From NCBI GenBank assembly GCA_965205465.1, contig OZ242187.1, positions 1,164,577-1,228,576 on the forward strand: 64,000 nt of DNA, read 5' to 3'. Positions 38,784-47,301 of this stretch are shown in pieces; the first letter of the stretch is position 1; every line of letters begins with the position of its first letter. The stretch is from Candidatus Aldehydirespiratoraceae bacterium. Its GTDB lineage: Bacteria; Actinomycetota; Acidimicrobiia; Acidimicrobiales; Aldehydirespiratoraceae. Under the pieces are notes generated by a model. The model was not told the origin of the DNA. It worked only from the letters and a program-made list of their open reading frames with translations, and made no database searches. A program made the position numbers and the translations under genes.

Positions 38784-40046
38784 TCAATCAGCGAACGGAG
38801 CGGGGACACCACAACGCTCACCTGGCGAGAATGTAACCGGCATAGTGACAACGCCCGTCATCAGCAAGTTGCCGGGATACGGCTTGAAACCATCGAGGTT
38901 GATCTGGTAGTCGGGAACTCGGTCCAACACATCGGCAATCATCAACTCGGACTGGAGCCGGGCGATGCTTGAACCCACACAACGGTGGCCGCCCAACCCG
39001 AAGGCCAGATGTTTATTGACCTCGCGGTCAATTACTACCTCACCAGCTCGTTCAAAGGCGCTGGGATCACGATTGGCGGCAACCCAGGAGATAAGAATCA
39101 CATCGCCGCGCTTGATTTGTCGACCTCCTAGTTCGACATCTCGGGTGGCCGTGCGGGTCAACGACTCGCTAGGACTGTAGAAGCGCAGAAACTCCTCGAC
39201 TGCGCTGACGATGAGCGTCCGGTCGTCGATGAGACGCTGCCGGTCCGCCGCGTGCGTACCCAGGTAATGCAACCCCCAAGACACCAGCGATGTGGTCGTG
39301 TCGATTCCTCCCGCAACCAGATTCCAAAGGATTCCGACCACTTGGTCATCGCTCGGAACGCTGCCGTCGAGAACGCTGGTGACGATCGCCGAGGTGAGAT
39401 CGCTTGACGGATTGGCCCGGCGATACCGGGTGTAATCAGCCAATTCCTCCCACATCGTCGACCAGTTGGCGAGCGCGGCATGCAGGCGTGGGTCGTCTTT
39501 AGTGAACGACGAGGTGGCGTGAAAGAAGTCCGCGTAGTAGCGCCAGTTCTTGCTGGGCATTCCCATCATTTCGAGGGTCATAACTGCAGGTACGGGGGTG
39601 GCGTAGTCATCTACTAGGTCGCATGCGCCGCTTTCGATCACTTCGTCGAGGAACCAGCCCGATACCTGAGCCATGCGATCTCGATTGGCTTCAACTGCTT
39701 TGCTGACCATGAATGGGTTTATTACCCGACGCAGATCGGCGTGCTCGCGACCATCGATTTCTGACACGCCCATGCGGACAAGGTTCGGCGGTCGGGGGAT
39801 CCCACAGATTCCCCGGTAAGCAATTCCCTCCTCAGACTCCGGGTCGTAGCGATGCGCAAACGTTTCGTTGTCACGGGCGACCTGCGCCACCGAGGCGTAG
39901 TCGGTAACCATCCAAAAGCCGCCGTACGCCGCGTTGTGTACGACCGGGCAAGTCTCGCGTAGTTCCGCGTAGCGCTGGTGTCGCTGCGCGACAAAGTCCG
40001 CTTCCTGGTGGTCAACGTCAACCTCAACCCCTAGACCGTCGCTCAC
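38784..40046 (-). CDS. Cytochrome P450
   Basis: Haem loop FGLGGHRCVGSSIA, an EEFLRFYSP (ExxR) motif, and AGGIDTT in the I-helix. GTG start at 40046 with a GAGGAGG RBS (40053-40059). Confidence 0.9.
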   Translation of the reverse strand: MSDGLGVEVDVDHQEADFVAQRHQRYAELRETCPVVHNAAYGGFWMVTDYASVAQVARDNETFAHRYDPESEEGIAYRGICGIPRPPNLVRMGVSEIDGREHADLRRVINPFMVSKAVEANRDRMAQVSGWFLDEVIESGACDLVDDYATPVPAVMTLEMMGMPSKNWRYYADFFHATSSFTKDDPRLHAALANWSTMWEELADYTRYRRANPSSDLTSAIVTSVLDGSVPSDDQVVGILWNLVAGGIDTTTSLVSWGLHYLGTHAADRQRLIDDRTLIVSAVEEFLRFYSPSESLTRTATRDVELGGRQIKRGDVILISWVAANRDPSAFERAGEVVIDREVNKHLAFGLGGHRCVGSSIARLQSELMIADVLDRVPDYQINLDGFKPYPGNLLMTGVVTMPVTFSPGERCGVPAPFAD

Positions 40047-40240
40047 GGGTTCACCTCCTCTAAGCCAGTCTCGCCCTATCCCCCACCCCGCGCAATCGCA
40101 GCCCGACACTCCACTCACCAACACGACACGCTTCGGTTACGCGCTCAGCCGGTTTCGACCATCACTCACTTCTTGTCGCAGCGCGCTACGGTTGTCTCCA
40201 CGTGGTCCCGGGCAGCGGGGCCGAAACCTAGGAATTCGAG

Positions 40241-41650
40241 ATGAGAATTTTACCGTCTGTTGAGCCCACTCCCGAGCAGCTCAAGATCCTTAAGCACGCA
40301 AAGCACGGCCATCTCTTGATCAGGGGTGCGGCCGGGAGTGGCAAGACCACCGCCGCTCTACTGCGCTTGCACGCCCAAGTCGCGTCGCGACTGAGCCGAC
40401 GAAAACGCCTCGGGCATGACGCACCAGTACGGGCTCTGGTGCTGACGTTCAATCGAACCCTGGAAGGCTATATTGCGGAACTCGCTCGTCAATCGTCGCC
40501 GAACGATGATGCGCTTCATCTCGAGATCAGTACGTTTAGCCGCTGGGCAAAATCACTGGTCGGAAACGTCGACATCGCTGGGCGCGACGATTCGTCAGCG
40601 ATACTCCGACTGCACCTTCAAACCTTCACCACCTCACGCCAGCACGAGTTCATGGTCGACGAGGTTCAATATGTCCTCGGTCGTTTCAGGCCGGGAACAC
40701 TCTCCGACTATCTCACTGTCGTTCGAGAAGGTCGGGGGGCCGCGCCCCGCATGGATCGCCCGGTACGCGAAGTATTGCTCCAGGACGTTCTTCCTGCATA
40801 CGCTAAGGCTAAAGCTGAACGTGGTGTCGTCGACTGGAATGATCTCGCACTGTTGGCGGCCGAGGCTGAAACCGGCCTGCTCTACGACATCGTAATCATT
40901 GACGAGGCACAAGATTTCTCTGCCAATCAGGTCCGGGCAGTAACCCGCCACTTGCGAGACTTGCACAGCACAACTTTCGTGCTCGACGCTGTCCAGCGCA
41001 TCTACCCGCAATACTTTAAATGGAAAGAAGTTGGCATCTCCGCCCGACCCGAAATGATCTATACGCTCCGGGAGAACTACCGCAATACCTCCGCTATCGC
41101 CAAGTTCGCCCGCCCGCTCGTTGCCGACCTCCCTGTTGAAGACGATGGAACGTTGCCAGACTTCACCGCCTGCAATCGCAAAGGTGCCAAGCCGGTGGTC
41201 GTTGTCGGTAAATACAACGCTCAACTCAAGGTCATGCTTGATCGGCTTGAACACCGCGCCGACCTGTCCAGCGAATCCGTGGCCCTGCTCCAACCACGCG
41301 GCGGTGGCTGGTTCAACGAGGCCCGCAGAATACTCGATGCCCGAAGTATCCCGTTCTGCGAGTTGTCCCGACAAAACAAATGGCCTTCGGGTAATGAGGT
41401 CGTGGCACTGTGCACCATCCATTCCGCCAAGGGACTCGAGTTTGACCATGTGCTTCTTCCCGGCCTCAGCCAGCAGGTCACACCGCACGGTCCCGAGGAC
41501 GGCGACGCAGACCTCGACCGGCTCCGTCGCATGTTGGCGATGGCAGTTGGCCGGGCGCGAAAGTCAGTAATGGTCGGCTACAAACCTGGTGAGGAGTCTT
41601 CCTTGATCGGGCTCCTAGACCCCTCCACCTACAAATTGATTGAGGCGTAA
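40241..41650 (+). CDS. Compact superfamily-1 (UvrD/Rep-like) helicase/ATPase
   Basis: Full SF1 motif set: Q (PTPEQ), I (GAAGSGKTT), Ia (LTFNRT), II (IIDEAQDF), III (LDAVQRIY), IV (RENYRNT), V (TIHSAKGLEFDHVLL), VI (MAVGRARKSV). Confidence 0.85.
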   Translation: MRILPSVEPTPEQLKILKHAKHGHLLIRGAAGSGKTTAALLRLHAQVASRLSRRKRLGHDAPVRALVLTFNRTLEGYIAELARQSSPNDDALHLEISTFSRWAKSLVGNVDIAGRDDSSAILRLHLQTFTTSRQHEFMVDEVQYVLGRFRPGTLSDYLTVVREGRGAAPRMDRPVREVLLQDVLPAYAKAKAERGVVDWNDLALLAAEAETGLLYDIVIIDEAQDFSANQVRAVTRHLRDLHSTTFVLDAVQRIYPQYFKWKEVGISARPEMIYTLRENYRNTSAIAKFARPLVADLPVEDDGTLPDFTACNRKGAKPVVVVGKYNAQLKVMLDRLEHRADLSSESVALLQPRGGGWFNEARRILDARSIPFCELSRQNKWPSGNEVVALCTIHSAKGLEFDHVLLPGLSQQVTPHGPEDGDADLDRLRRMLAMAVGRARKSVMVGYKPGEESSLIGLLDPSTYKLIEA

Positions 41651-41655
41651 GCGCC

Positions 41656-42339
41656 ATGGCGTGGCTTCCCGAAGCTCAACCGCAAACTGCCGAAGAGTCA
41701 AGCCGAGCTCCGTCTTGCCCAGAGATCGCCATGGCGGCCAATGAACGCCGCATTACCAGGATCGTACATTTCACCCGCATAAGCGGACTCGTGGGCATAT
41801 TGGCTAGTTCGGCCGTCAAGGCCCGACGTGACTTGCCAAAGGATAGTCAGCTAAAATACGTCTACGGAGAGAACGCGACTGACCGGAGCCGGGACTTGCC
41901 TTGGCACGGCTACGTCAATCTGTCCGTGTCGGAGATCAACGTTCATATGTTCCAGCGCTCCGTGACGTGGCACCCAAACGATGAATGGGTGATCCTTGAG
42001 TTCGACCCAGACATCCTGACTCATCCAGGTGTGGTGTTCAGCACAACAAACAACGCTTATGACGTATCTCATCGCGCTACTGGGCTTGAGGGCTTCAACC
42101 AAATGTTCGCATCGGAGGTTCCCTGGGGCTACCTGGGTACCGTCAGTTATCGCCGCGGTCGAGGGTCGCATCAGCCAACCAATCCACAAGCAGAGGTTCT
42201 TTACCCGTTCAGGCTCTCCCTTGAGCACCTTGACGCGATTACTGTGAGTGATGAAGACACCTACGACAGTGTTGAGGGCGCATTGTCCCCCTTTCCCCCC
42301 AATCCTAGAATTGCTTGTGTCCCGGAGGCATTCCAGTGA
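41656..42339 (+). CDS. DarT-like (DUF4433-like) ADP-ribosyltransferase, candidate toxin
   Basis: Three colinear motifs recalled from DarT: ITRIVHFTRISGLVGIL (cf. I.HiThi.NL..Il), WHGYVNLSV (cf. hDYVPFYF) and NPQAEVLYPF..SLEHLDAITV (cf. kQAE.Lv.....l..I..I.v). The size (227 aa) fits. No HMM search was run. Confidence 0.6.
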   Translation: MAWLPEAQPQTAEESSRAPSCPEIAMAANERRITRIVHFTRISGLVGILASSAVKARRDLPKDSQLKYVYGENATDRSRDLPWHGYVNLSVSEINVHMFQRSVTWHPNDEWVILEFDPDILTHPGVVFSTTNNAYDVSHRATGLEGFNQMFASEVPWGYLGTVSYRRGRGSHQPTNPQAEVLYPFRLSLEHLDAITVSDEDTYDSVEGALSPFPPNPRIACVPEAFQ

Positions 42340-44063
42340 CCACGACAACGACCAACACAAACCCAACGCCCCAAGAACAGGTACCTCTGTTCGACGATTC
42401 CAACGACGACCACTCCAGCGCGGAGTCGTGCCTTCAGGACGCTGGTGGCGTCGTGCCCCGATCTCCTCAGGCCGACAACAGCCGCTGTGCACAGACTCGC
42501 AATTCCATGTTGTGGGCTGCTTATGCGGACGCTCTCGGATTCATCAGTGAACTCGTGGACCACAAAGGTCTCAAGAGGAGAACCAAAGGCGCGGAACTAG
42601 ACCGGCTCATGGAATGGAGGCGGCGAGTCGGGGGGCGAGGAGGCGTTGATGTCGTGCTGCCAGCGGGGTGCTGGTCCGACGATACCCAGTTGCGCATGGC
42701 TGTGAGCCGAACGATCACTCACCATGGCTTCGACATTGAAACCTTCTCCCGCATTGAGTTGCCCGTATGGCCCGCCTACGCCCTGGGAGGTGGCCGCGCT
42801 TCCAAGGCGGCGGCCAAGAACCTCGGTAAGCCTGGGGCTCTGTGGTACGCCAACACCTTTCCTGGATGGAATAACGCGGGCGGAAACGGTGCCGCCATGA
42901 GAATTCAGCCGCATGTCTGGTCCTCTCGAAACCTCACAGACGACTACCTGCTTGATGTGATCGTGGACAGCGTCTGCACTCACGGGCACCCCCGTGCGAT
43001 CGTCGGAGCGTGTTTCCACGCTTCCACACTGGCGCACTGTCTACGGGTCGGCACTATTCCCGACCTGACCACAAGCGACGAAATCGCCGCGGGGATGCGC
43101 GACGTCGTCCACCTAATTGAGGATCACCCGACTCTCGGATCCACTTGGATCGGCCTTTGGGAACGAGAGACCGGTCAGCAGTTTCGAGAAGTTTGGAACT
43201 CCACCGTTGACGAACTCCACACGGCAATCAGCCAGGTTTCGTCTGACTCCAACACGGCCGACGGCACAACCGGGGCCTACCAGAACATCTGTGATCGTCT
43301 CGGACTAGACGCAGCAAACCAGCGGGGCAGCGGCATTCTCACGACCGTCGCCGCAATTGCATCGGCTGCAATCTCTCAGAGCGCCCACGAAGGCATCATC
43401 GCTGCCGCGAATGCTGTCGGCACCGACACCGACACGATCGCGACAATGGCCGGAGCATTGCTTGGTGCTTGTGACAGAGCCGGTCAACCCCCCGAAGAAC
43501 CCCTCGACAGTGACTACTTGCTGAGCGAATCCGACCGACTGGTAGCCATCTCGCAGTGCCAAACCGTCCGTAACCAACGGTACCCCGACACTCTCACTTG
43601 GGCAGCGCCCCAGACTCAAGCCGACGCGTTGGTGAGAGACGATAAAGGACTCGCGGTGGAAGGTCTCGGTCCGGTAACGGAGTTGGAAACCAGCGCCGTG
43701 CGTACGCCCCGCAACGACTTCGCCTGGCAGTGGGTTCGGACCGATTTCGGCCAGACACTTCTCATCAAACGGCGGACAGCAGTGAGGTTTCTCGGTGCCG
43801 GAAACAACCTCGAACCGCCACCTGCGCCGGTAAACCGATCTCGCTCCCGCAAAGCTGCCAAGCCCGTCGCACCAGCCAGCGGCGAGCACAGCGACCCGAA
43901 GTTGGACTGTAGCGTCGAGGTTGACGAAGCCGTTAGATACGCCAAGGAGAACATCAACGACGACGCAGCACTCGGTCGCATCGTTCGCAAGGTCGCTCAA
44001 GAAAGCACCCTCGGTAACTCTCTTACCTTCATGAGAGAAATTCGCGAGAAATTGCAACATTGA
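42336..44063 (+). CDS. ADP-ribosylglycohydrolase (ARH/DraG family) with ~180-aa C-terminal extension, candidate antitoxin
   Basis: ARH hallmarks: AAYADALGFISE, WSDDTQL, GNGAAMRIQPH, THGHPRA, GTDTDTIATMAGALLGA. The GTG at 42336 overlaps the upstream TGA (GTGA). A GGAGG RBS lies at 42324-42328. Confidence 0.85.
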   Translation: MTTTTTNTNPTPQEQVPLFDDSNDDHSSAESCLQDAGGVVPRSPQADNSRCAQTRNSMLWAAYADALGFISELVDHKGLKRRTKGAELDRLMEWRRRVGGRGGVDVVLPAGCWSDDTQLRMAVSRTITHHGFDIETFSRIELPVWPAYALGGGRASKAAAKNLGKPGALWYANTFPGWNNAGGNGAAMRIQPHVWSSRNLTDDYLLDVIVDSVCTHGHPRAIVGACFHASTLAHCLRVGTIPDLTTSDEIAAGMRDVVHLIEDHPTLGSTWIGLWERETGQQFREVWNSTVDELHTAISQVSSDSNTADGTTGAYQNICDRLGLDAANQRGSGILTTVAAIASAAISQSAHEGIIAAANAVGTDTDTIATMAGALLGACDRAGQPPEEPLDSDYLLSESDRLVAISQCQTVRNQRYPDTLTWAAPQTQADALVRDDKGLAVEGLGPVTELETSAVRTPRNDFAWQWVRTDFGQTLLIKRRTAVRFLGAGNNLEPPPAPVNRSRSRKAAKPVAPASGEHSDPKLDCSVEVDEAVRYAKENINDDAALGRIVRKVAQESTLGNSLTFMREIREKLQH

Positions 44064-44198
44064 TCACACCGGCCGGTGGATCATCACATCCAAATAAAAG
44101 CGTCATGGCAGACTTCGACCTCGTAGTGCTCTCAATGAAGCGCTTATGCTCAAACTGGATAACAGAAGCGGTTCTCGTTGATCGCAGGGAGAAATGCA

Positions 44199-45050
44199 AT
44201 GACTATGGACCTATTCCGCTATGACGGGAAACGGGTTGTGGTAGTCGGCGGAGCTACCGGCATGGGGGCATCGACTGCGCGTATGGCCTCCGATCTCGGT
44301 GCGGAAGTAATCGTGATTGATGTCGCCGAAGTCGCATACGACTGTGCTCAGACGATTCAAGTTGACCTTCGCAACCAGCCCGAGGTCGACGCCGCTGTTG
44401 ACGCGATCGCTGGGCCTGTTGACGCGGTGTTTGCCTGCGCCGGGGTAGCCGACGGCACGCCCGGCATAATGCTCATCAACTTCACCAGCCAACGCCACCT
44501 GATCGAACGCATGGTGGCCGACAACAGGTTGGTGCCAGGGGGTTCGGTTGCATTGGTCTCATCGGTGGCCGGACTGGGGTGGCGCAAAAACATCGAACAG
44601 GTGAAGGACTTTCTCTCCAATGAGGACTGGGCCGCGGCAGCCGCATGGACCGAAGCTCATCCCGTTACCGACAACTACGGTTTCAGCAAAGAGGCGATCA
44701 ACTGTTACGTCGCCCAGCAGGGTTTCCCTTTGCTCACCAAGGGAATCCGCATCAACGCGATCCTGCCGGGCCCGACCGATACTCCCCTGGCACGCGCAAA
44801 CGCCGATCTTTGGCTCACCTTCGGCGCCGACTACCGCGAAGCAACAAACTCACCGACTCTGCAGCCCGACCAGATGGCCTCCACCATGATCTTCTTGTGC
44901 TCGGCAGCCGCCAGCGGGATCAACGGCGTGACCTTGCTGGTCGACCAAGGCCATGTGAGCGCTTCTTTGGTTGACTCCTTCGACGCACCTCTCGTGAAGA
45001 TGATCGCCGGTGAGATGGAGTTCGACCTCGCAGCACTCGGCTTCGAGTAG
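44199..45050 (+). CDS. Short-chain dehydrogenase/reductase (SDR)
   Basis: VVVVGGATGMGAS cofactor motif and a YGFSKEA catalytic Tyr/Lys. ATG at 44199 after a GGGAGA RBS. Confidence 0.85.
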   Translation: MTMDLFRYDGKRVVVVGGATGMGASTARMASDLGAEVIVIDVAEVAYDCAQTIQVDLRNQPEVDAAVDAIAGPVDAVFACAGVADGTPGIMLINFTSQRHLIERMVADNRLVPGGSVALVSSVAGLGWRKNIEQVKDFLSNEDWAAAAAWTEAHPVTDNYGFSKEAINCYVAQQGFPLLTKGIRINAILPGPTDTPLARANADLWLTFGADYREATNSPTLQPDQMASTMIFLCSAAASGINGVTLLVDQGHVSASLVDSFDAPLVKMIAGEMEFDLAALGFE

Positions 45051-45129
45051 CCCACCCAGGCGTTCTTGGTCACGCAACCAGCACAGGTGTTAGTTTCTGC
45101 TGCACGGGACAATGCCAAGGGAGACCGCC

Positions 45130-46413
45130 GTGGACATGAACGACATGATCCTGGTGAGTGTCGATGATCACCTGTGCGAGCCGCCGCACATGTTCGATGC
45201 TCACCTGCCGAAGAAATGGGCTGATGAGGCACCAAAGCTGATTCGGACCAACGAAGGCAACGATGTTTGGACGTTCAACAAGGCGGTGATTCCCAATGTC
45301 GGGCTCAACGCGGTTGCTGGACGCCCCAAAGAAGAATACGGGATCGAGCCGACCTGTTTCGAAGAGATGCGTCCCGGGTGCTACGACATTCATGAACGCA
45401 TCAAAGACATGAACGCAGGCGGTGTGCTCGGCTCGATGTGTTTTCCTTCGTTCCCCGGTTTCGCCGGACGCCTGTTCGCTGCTCACCCCGACAAGGAGTT
45501 CGCAGCAGATCTCATCCGCGCTTACAACGACTGGCACATAGACGAGTGGTGCGGTAGCTACCCGGGACGCTTCATCCCCATGGCGCTGCCCATGATCTGG
45601 TCGGCGGACGAATGCGCTGCAGAGGTTCGCCGAGTGGCCACCAAGGGGTGCCACTCAATGACCTTCACCGAGAATCCGGTGCCGCTGGGGGAGCCGAGCT
45701 TCCATGACGAGTACTGGAACCCGCTGTGGGACGCTCTGGTGGATTGCGACACGGTGTTGTCGATCCATCTCGGTTCCTCAGGGCAGTTGGTGGTAACCGC
45801 ACCCGATGCCCCCATGGACGTGATGATCCAGATGCAACCCATGAACATCTCCACCGCGGCAGCCGATTTGTTGTGGTCAACGCTGCCCCGCCGCTACCCG
45901 AAACTCAAGATCGCCCTCTCCGAGGGAGGTGCCGGCTGGGTTCCCTATTTCATGGACCGGGCCGACAAGACCTACAACATGCACCATCTTTGGACTGGTC
46001 AGGATTTCGGCGACATGCTGCCCAGCGAAGTGTTCCGCCGCAATTTCTTGACCTGTTTCATCACCGACCCGGTTGGTGTGGCCCTGCGCCACGAGATCGG
46101 CATCAACAACATCTGTTGGGAAATGGACTATCCCCACTCCGATTCCAACTGGCCCAACGCACCCGAGGAGTTGGCTGAGGTGTTGGTCGGGGTACCCGAC
46201 GACGAAGTCAACCGCATCACCCATCTCAACGCCATGGACTGGTATTCCTACGATCCGTTCGCATTGCTCGACCAGAAGGATTGCACCGTCGGCGCGTTGC
46301 GCGCCGCCGCAGGCGACCACGACGTGTCGGAAAAGCCATTGTCGACAGGCCGTTACGAAGCTGGCGGCAACGTTTCGCTGAAGGACTTCGCGGCCAAAGC
46401 CTCAGGCCGCTGA
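45130..46413 (+). CDS. Amidohydrolase-2 (ACMSD-like metal-dependent hydrolase/decarboxylase) family protein
   Basis: ILVSVDDHLCEPPH N-terminal metal motif and a MDYPHSDS C-terminal motif. The GTG at 45130 follows an AAGGGAGA RBS; the track start is 45112. Confidence 0.83.
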   Translation: MDMNDMILVSVDDHLCEPPHMFDAHLPKKWADEAPKLIRTNEGNDVWTFNKAVIPNVGLNAVAGRPKEEYGIEPTCFEEMRPGCYDIHERIKDMNAGGVLGSMCFPSFPGFAGRLFAAHPDKEFAADLIRAYNDWHIDEWCGSYPGRFIPMALPMIWSADECAAEVRRVATKGCHSMTFTENPVPLGEPSFHDEYWNPLWDALVDCDTVLSIHLGSSGQLVVTAPDAPMDVMIQMQPMNISTAAADLLWSTLPRRYPKLKIALSEGGAGWVPYFMDRADKTYNMHHLWTGQDFGDMLPSEVFRRNFLTCFITDPVGVALRHEIGINNICWEMDYPHSDSNWPNAPEELAEVLVGVPDDEVNRITHLNAMDWYSYDPFALLDQKDCTVGALRAAAGDHDVSEKPLSTGRYEAGGNVSLKDFAAKASGR

Positions 46414-46416
46414 CGG

Positions 46417-47175
46417 TTAGCGCAAACCTCCGTCGAGACGCAGGATGGCGCCGGTGGTGTAAACGCCGGCATCGCTCGCGAAATAGAGGGCCGCGCCGAC
46501 AACCTCGTCGGGTTGACCAGCCCGGCCGAGCGAGATCTGGTCGCCGAGCCCAGCGATCGCCTCAGCTGACCAAGCCTTGGATATGTCGGTCAGGAACGGG
46601 CCTGGTTGGATGCAGTTGACCCGAACCTCGGGTCCGTATGCCTTGGACAGGCTTTCGGTCAGGTTGTGGAGGCTCGCTTTGGCCATCCCGTATACGACTT
46701 CGCCCGGTGTCGGTTTGGTTGCCGCGCTCGAGCTGACGAAGATGATCGAGCCTGAGCCGCGCGCCTTCATACGGTCGCCTACCACGGCGGTTAAACGGAA
46801 CGTTCCCTTGAGGTTGACATCCATCACCTTGTCGTACAGCGCTTCGCTGATCTCTCCAACTGAGGGATACAAAGGTGCCATTCCAGCGTTGTTGACCAGG
46901 ATGTCAATGTCACCGAACCGTTGGCAGGCCGCATCGGCAAGCGCCTCCACCTGGTCCCAATACCCAACATGACACTCGAGCGGCAGGGCTTCGACACCAA
47001 AGGCACGAGCTTCATCAGCAACCGCTTCGCAGTTGTCGAGCTTGCGGCTGGCGATGACAACGTTGGCTCCGTGTTCGGCAAAGGCCAGAACCATTTCACG
47101 TCCGAGTCCCCGACTGCCGCCAGTGACTACGGCGGTGCGCCCCGTCAGGTCGAATAGTTCACTTGCGTGTGTCAT
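46417..47175 (-). CDS. SDR (FabG-like 3-oxoacyl reductase family)
   Basis: VTGGSRGLGREM, NNAG and YGMAKAS motifs. Confidence 0.9.
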   Translation of the reverse strand: MTHASELFDLTGRTAVVTGGSRGLGREMVLAFAEHGANVVIASRKLDNCEAVADEARAFGVEALPLECHVGYWDQVEALADAACQRFGDIDILVNNAGMAPLYPSVGEISEALYDKVMDVNLKGTFRLTAVVGDRMKARGSGSIIFVSSSAATKPTPGEVVYGMAKASLHNLTESLSKAYGPEVRVNCIQPGPFLTDISKAWSAEAIAGLGDQISLGRAGQPDEVVGAALYFASDAGVYTTGAILRLDGGLR

Positions 47176-47184
47176 GGCTCCTGG

Positions 47185-47288
47185 TTTGCGATGTTGGCTA
47201 GGCGCTTTGCGATGTTGGCTAGGCGACAGTATGCCCCCTGGGCCATACTTGGCAGCAACATCTCACTCAACAGCATCTCACTCAACAG
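47185..47288. promoter_or_regulatory. Divergent promoter region with two pairs of perfect direct repeats (20 bp x2 at 47185-47204 and 47206-47225; 15 bp x2 tandem at 47259-47288)
   Basis: tttgcgatgttggctaggcg twice and catctcactcaacag twice, read directly. The two families share the inverted core gatgttg/caacatc. Confidence 0.4.
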
Positions 47289-47301
47289 CGAGGCGACCGC
47301 T

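Noticed and set aside
40634-44060. Long antisense ORFs (284 aa at 40634-41488; 251 aa at 43305-44060; 213 aa at 41851-42492) opposite the helicase/ART/ARH genes
   Set aside because: They have no recognisable motifs and an Arg/Gly/Ser-rich composition typical of the antisense frame of GC-rich genes. The sense-strand genes carry complete family motif sets.
44064-44090. Palindromic caccggccggtg just after the ARH stop, as a possible terminator or element boundary
   Set aside because: It offers only a 4-bp stem with a 4-nt loop, has no U-tract, and has no matching copy at the left end of the cassette.
44105-44224. 39-codon ORF starting MADFDLVVL, reminiscent of an FAD-binding N-terminus that might have been truncated by cassette insertion
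   Set aside because: It is too short, and the similarity is limited to about 9 residues. It overlaps the SDR start. This is not supportable without comparison to an empty site.
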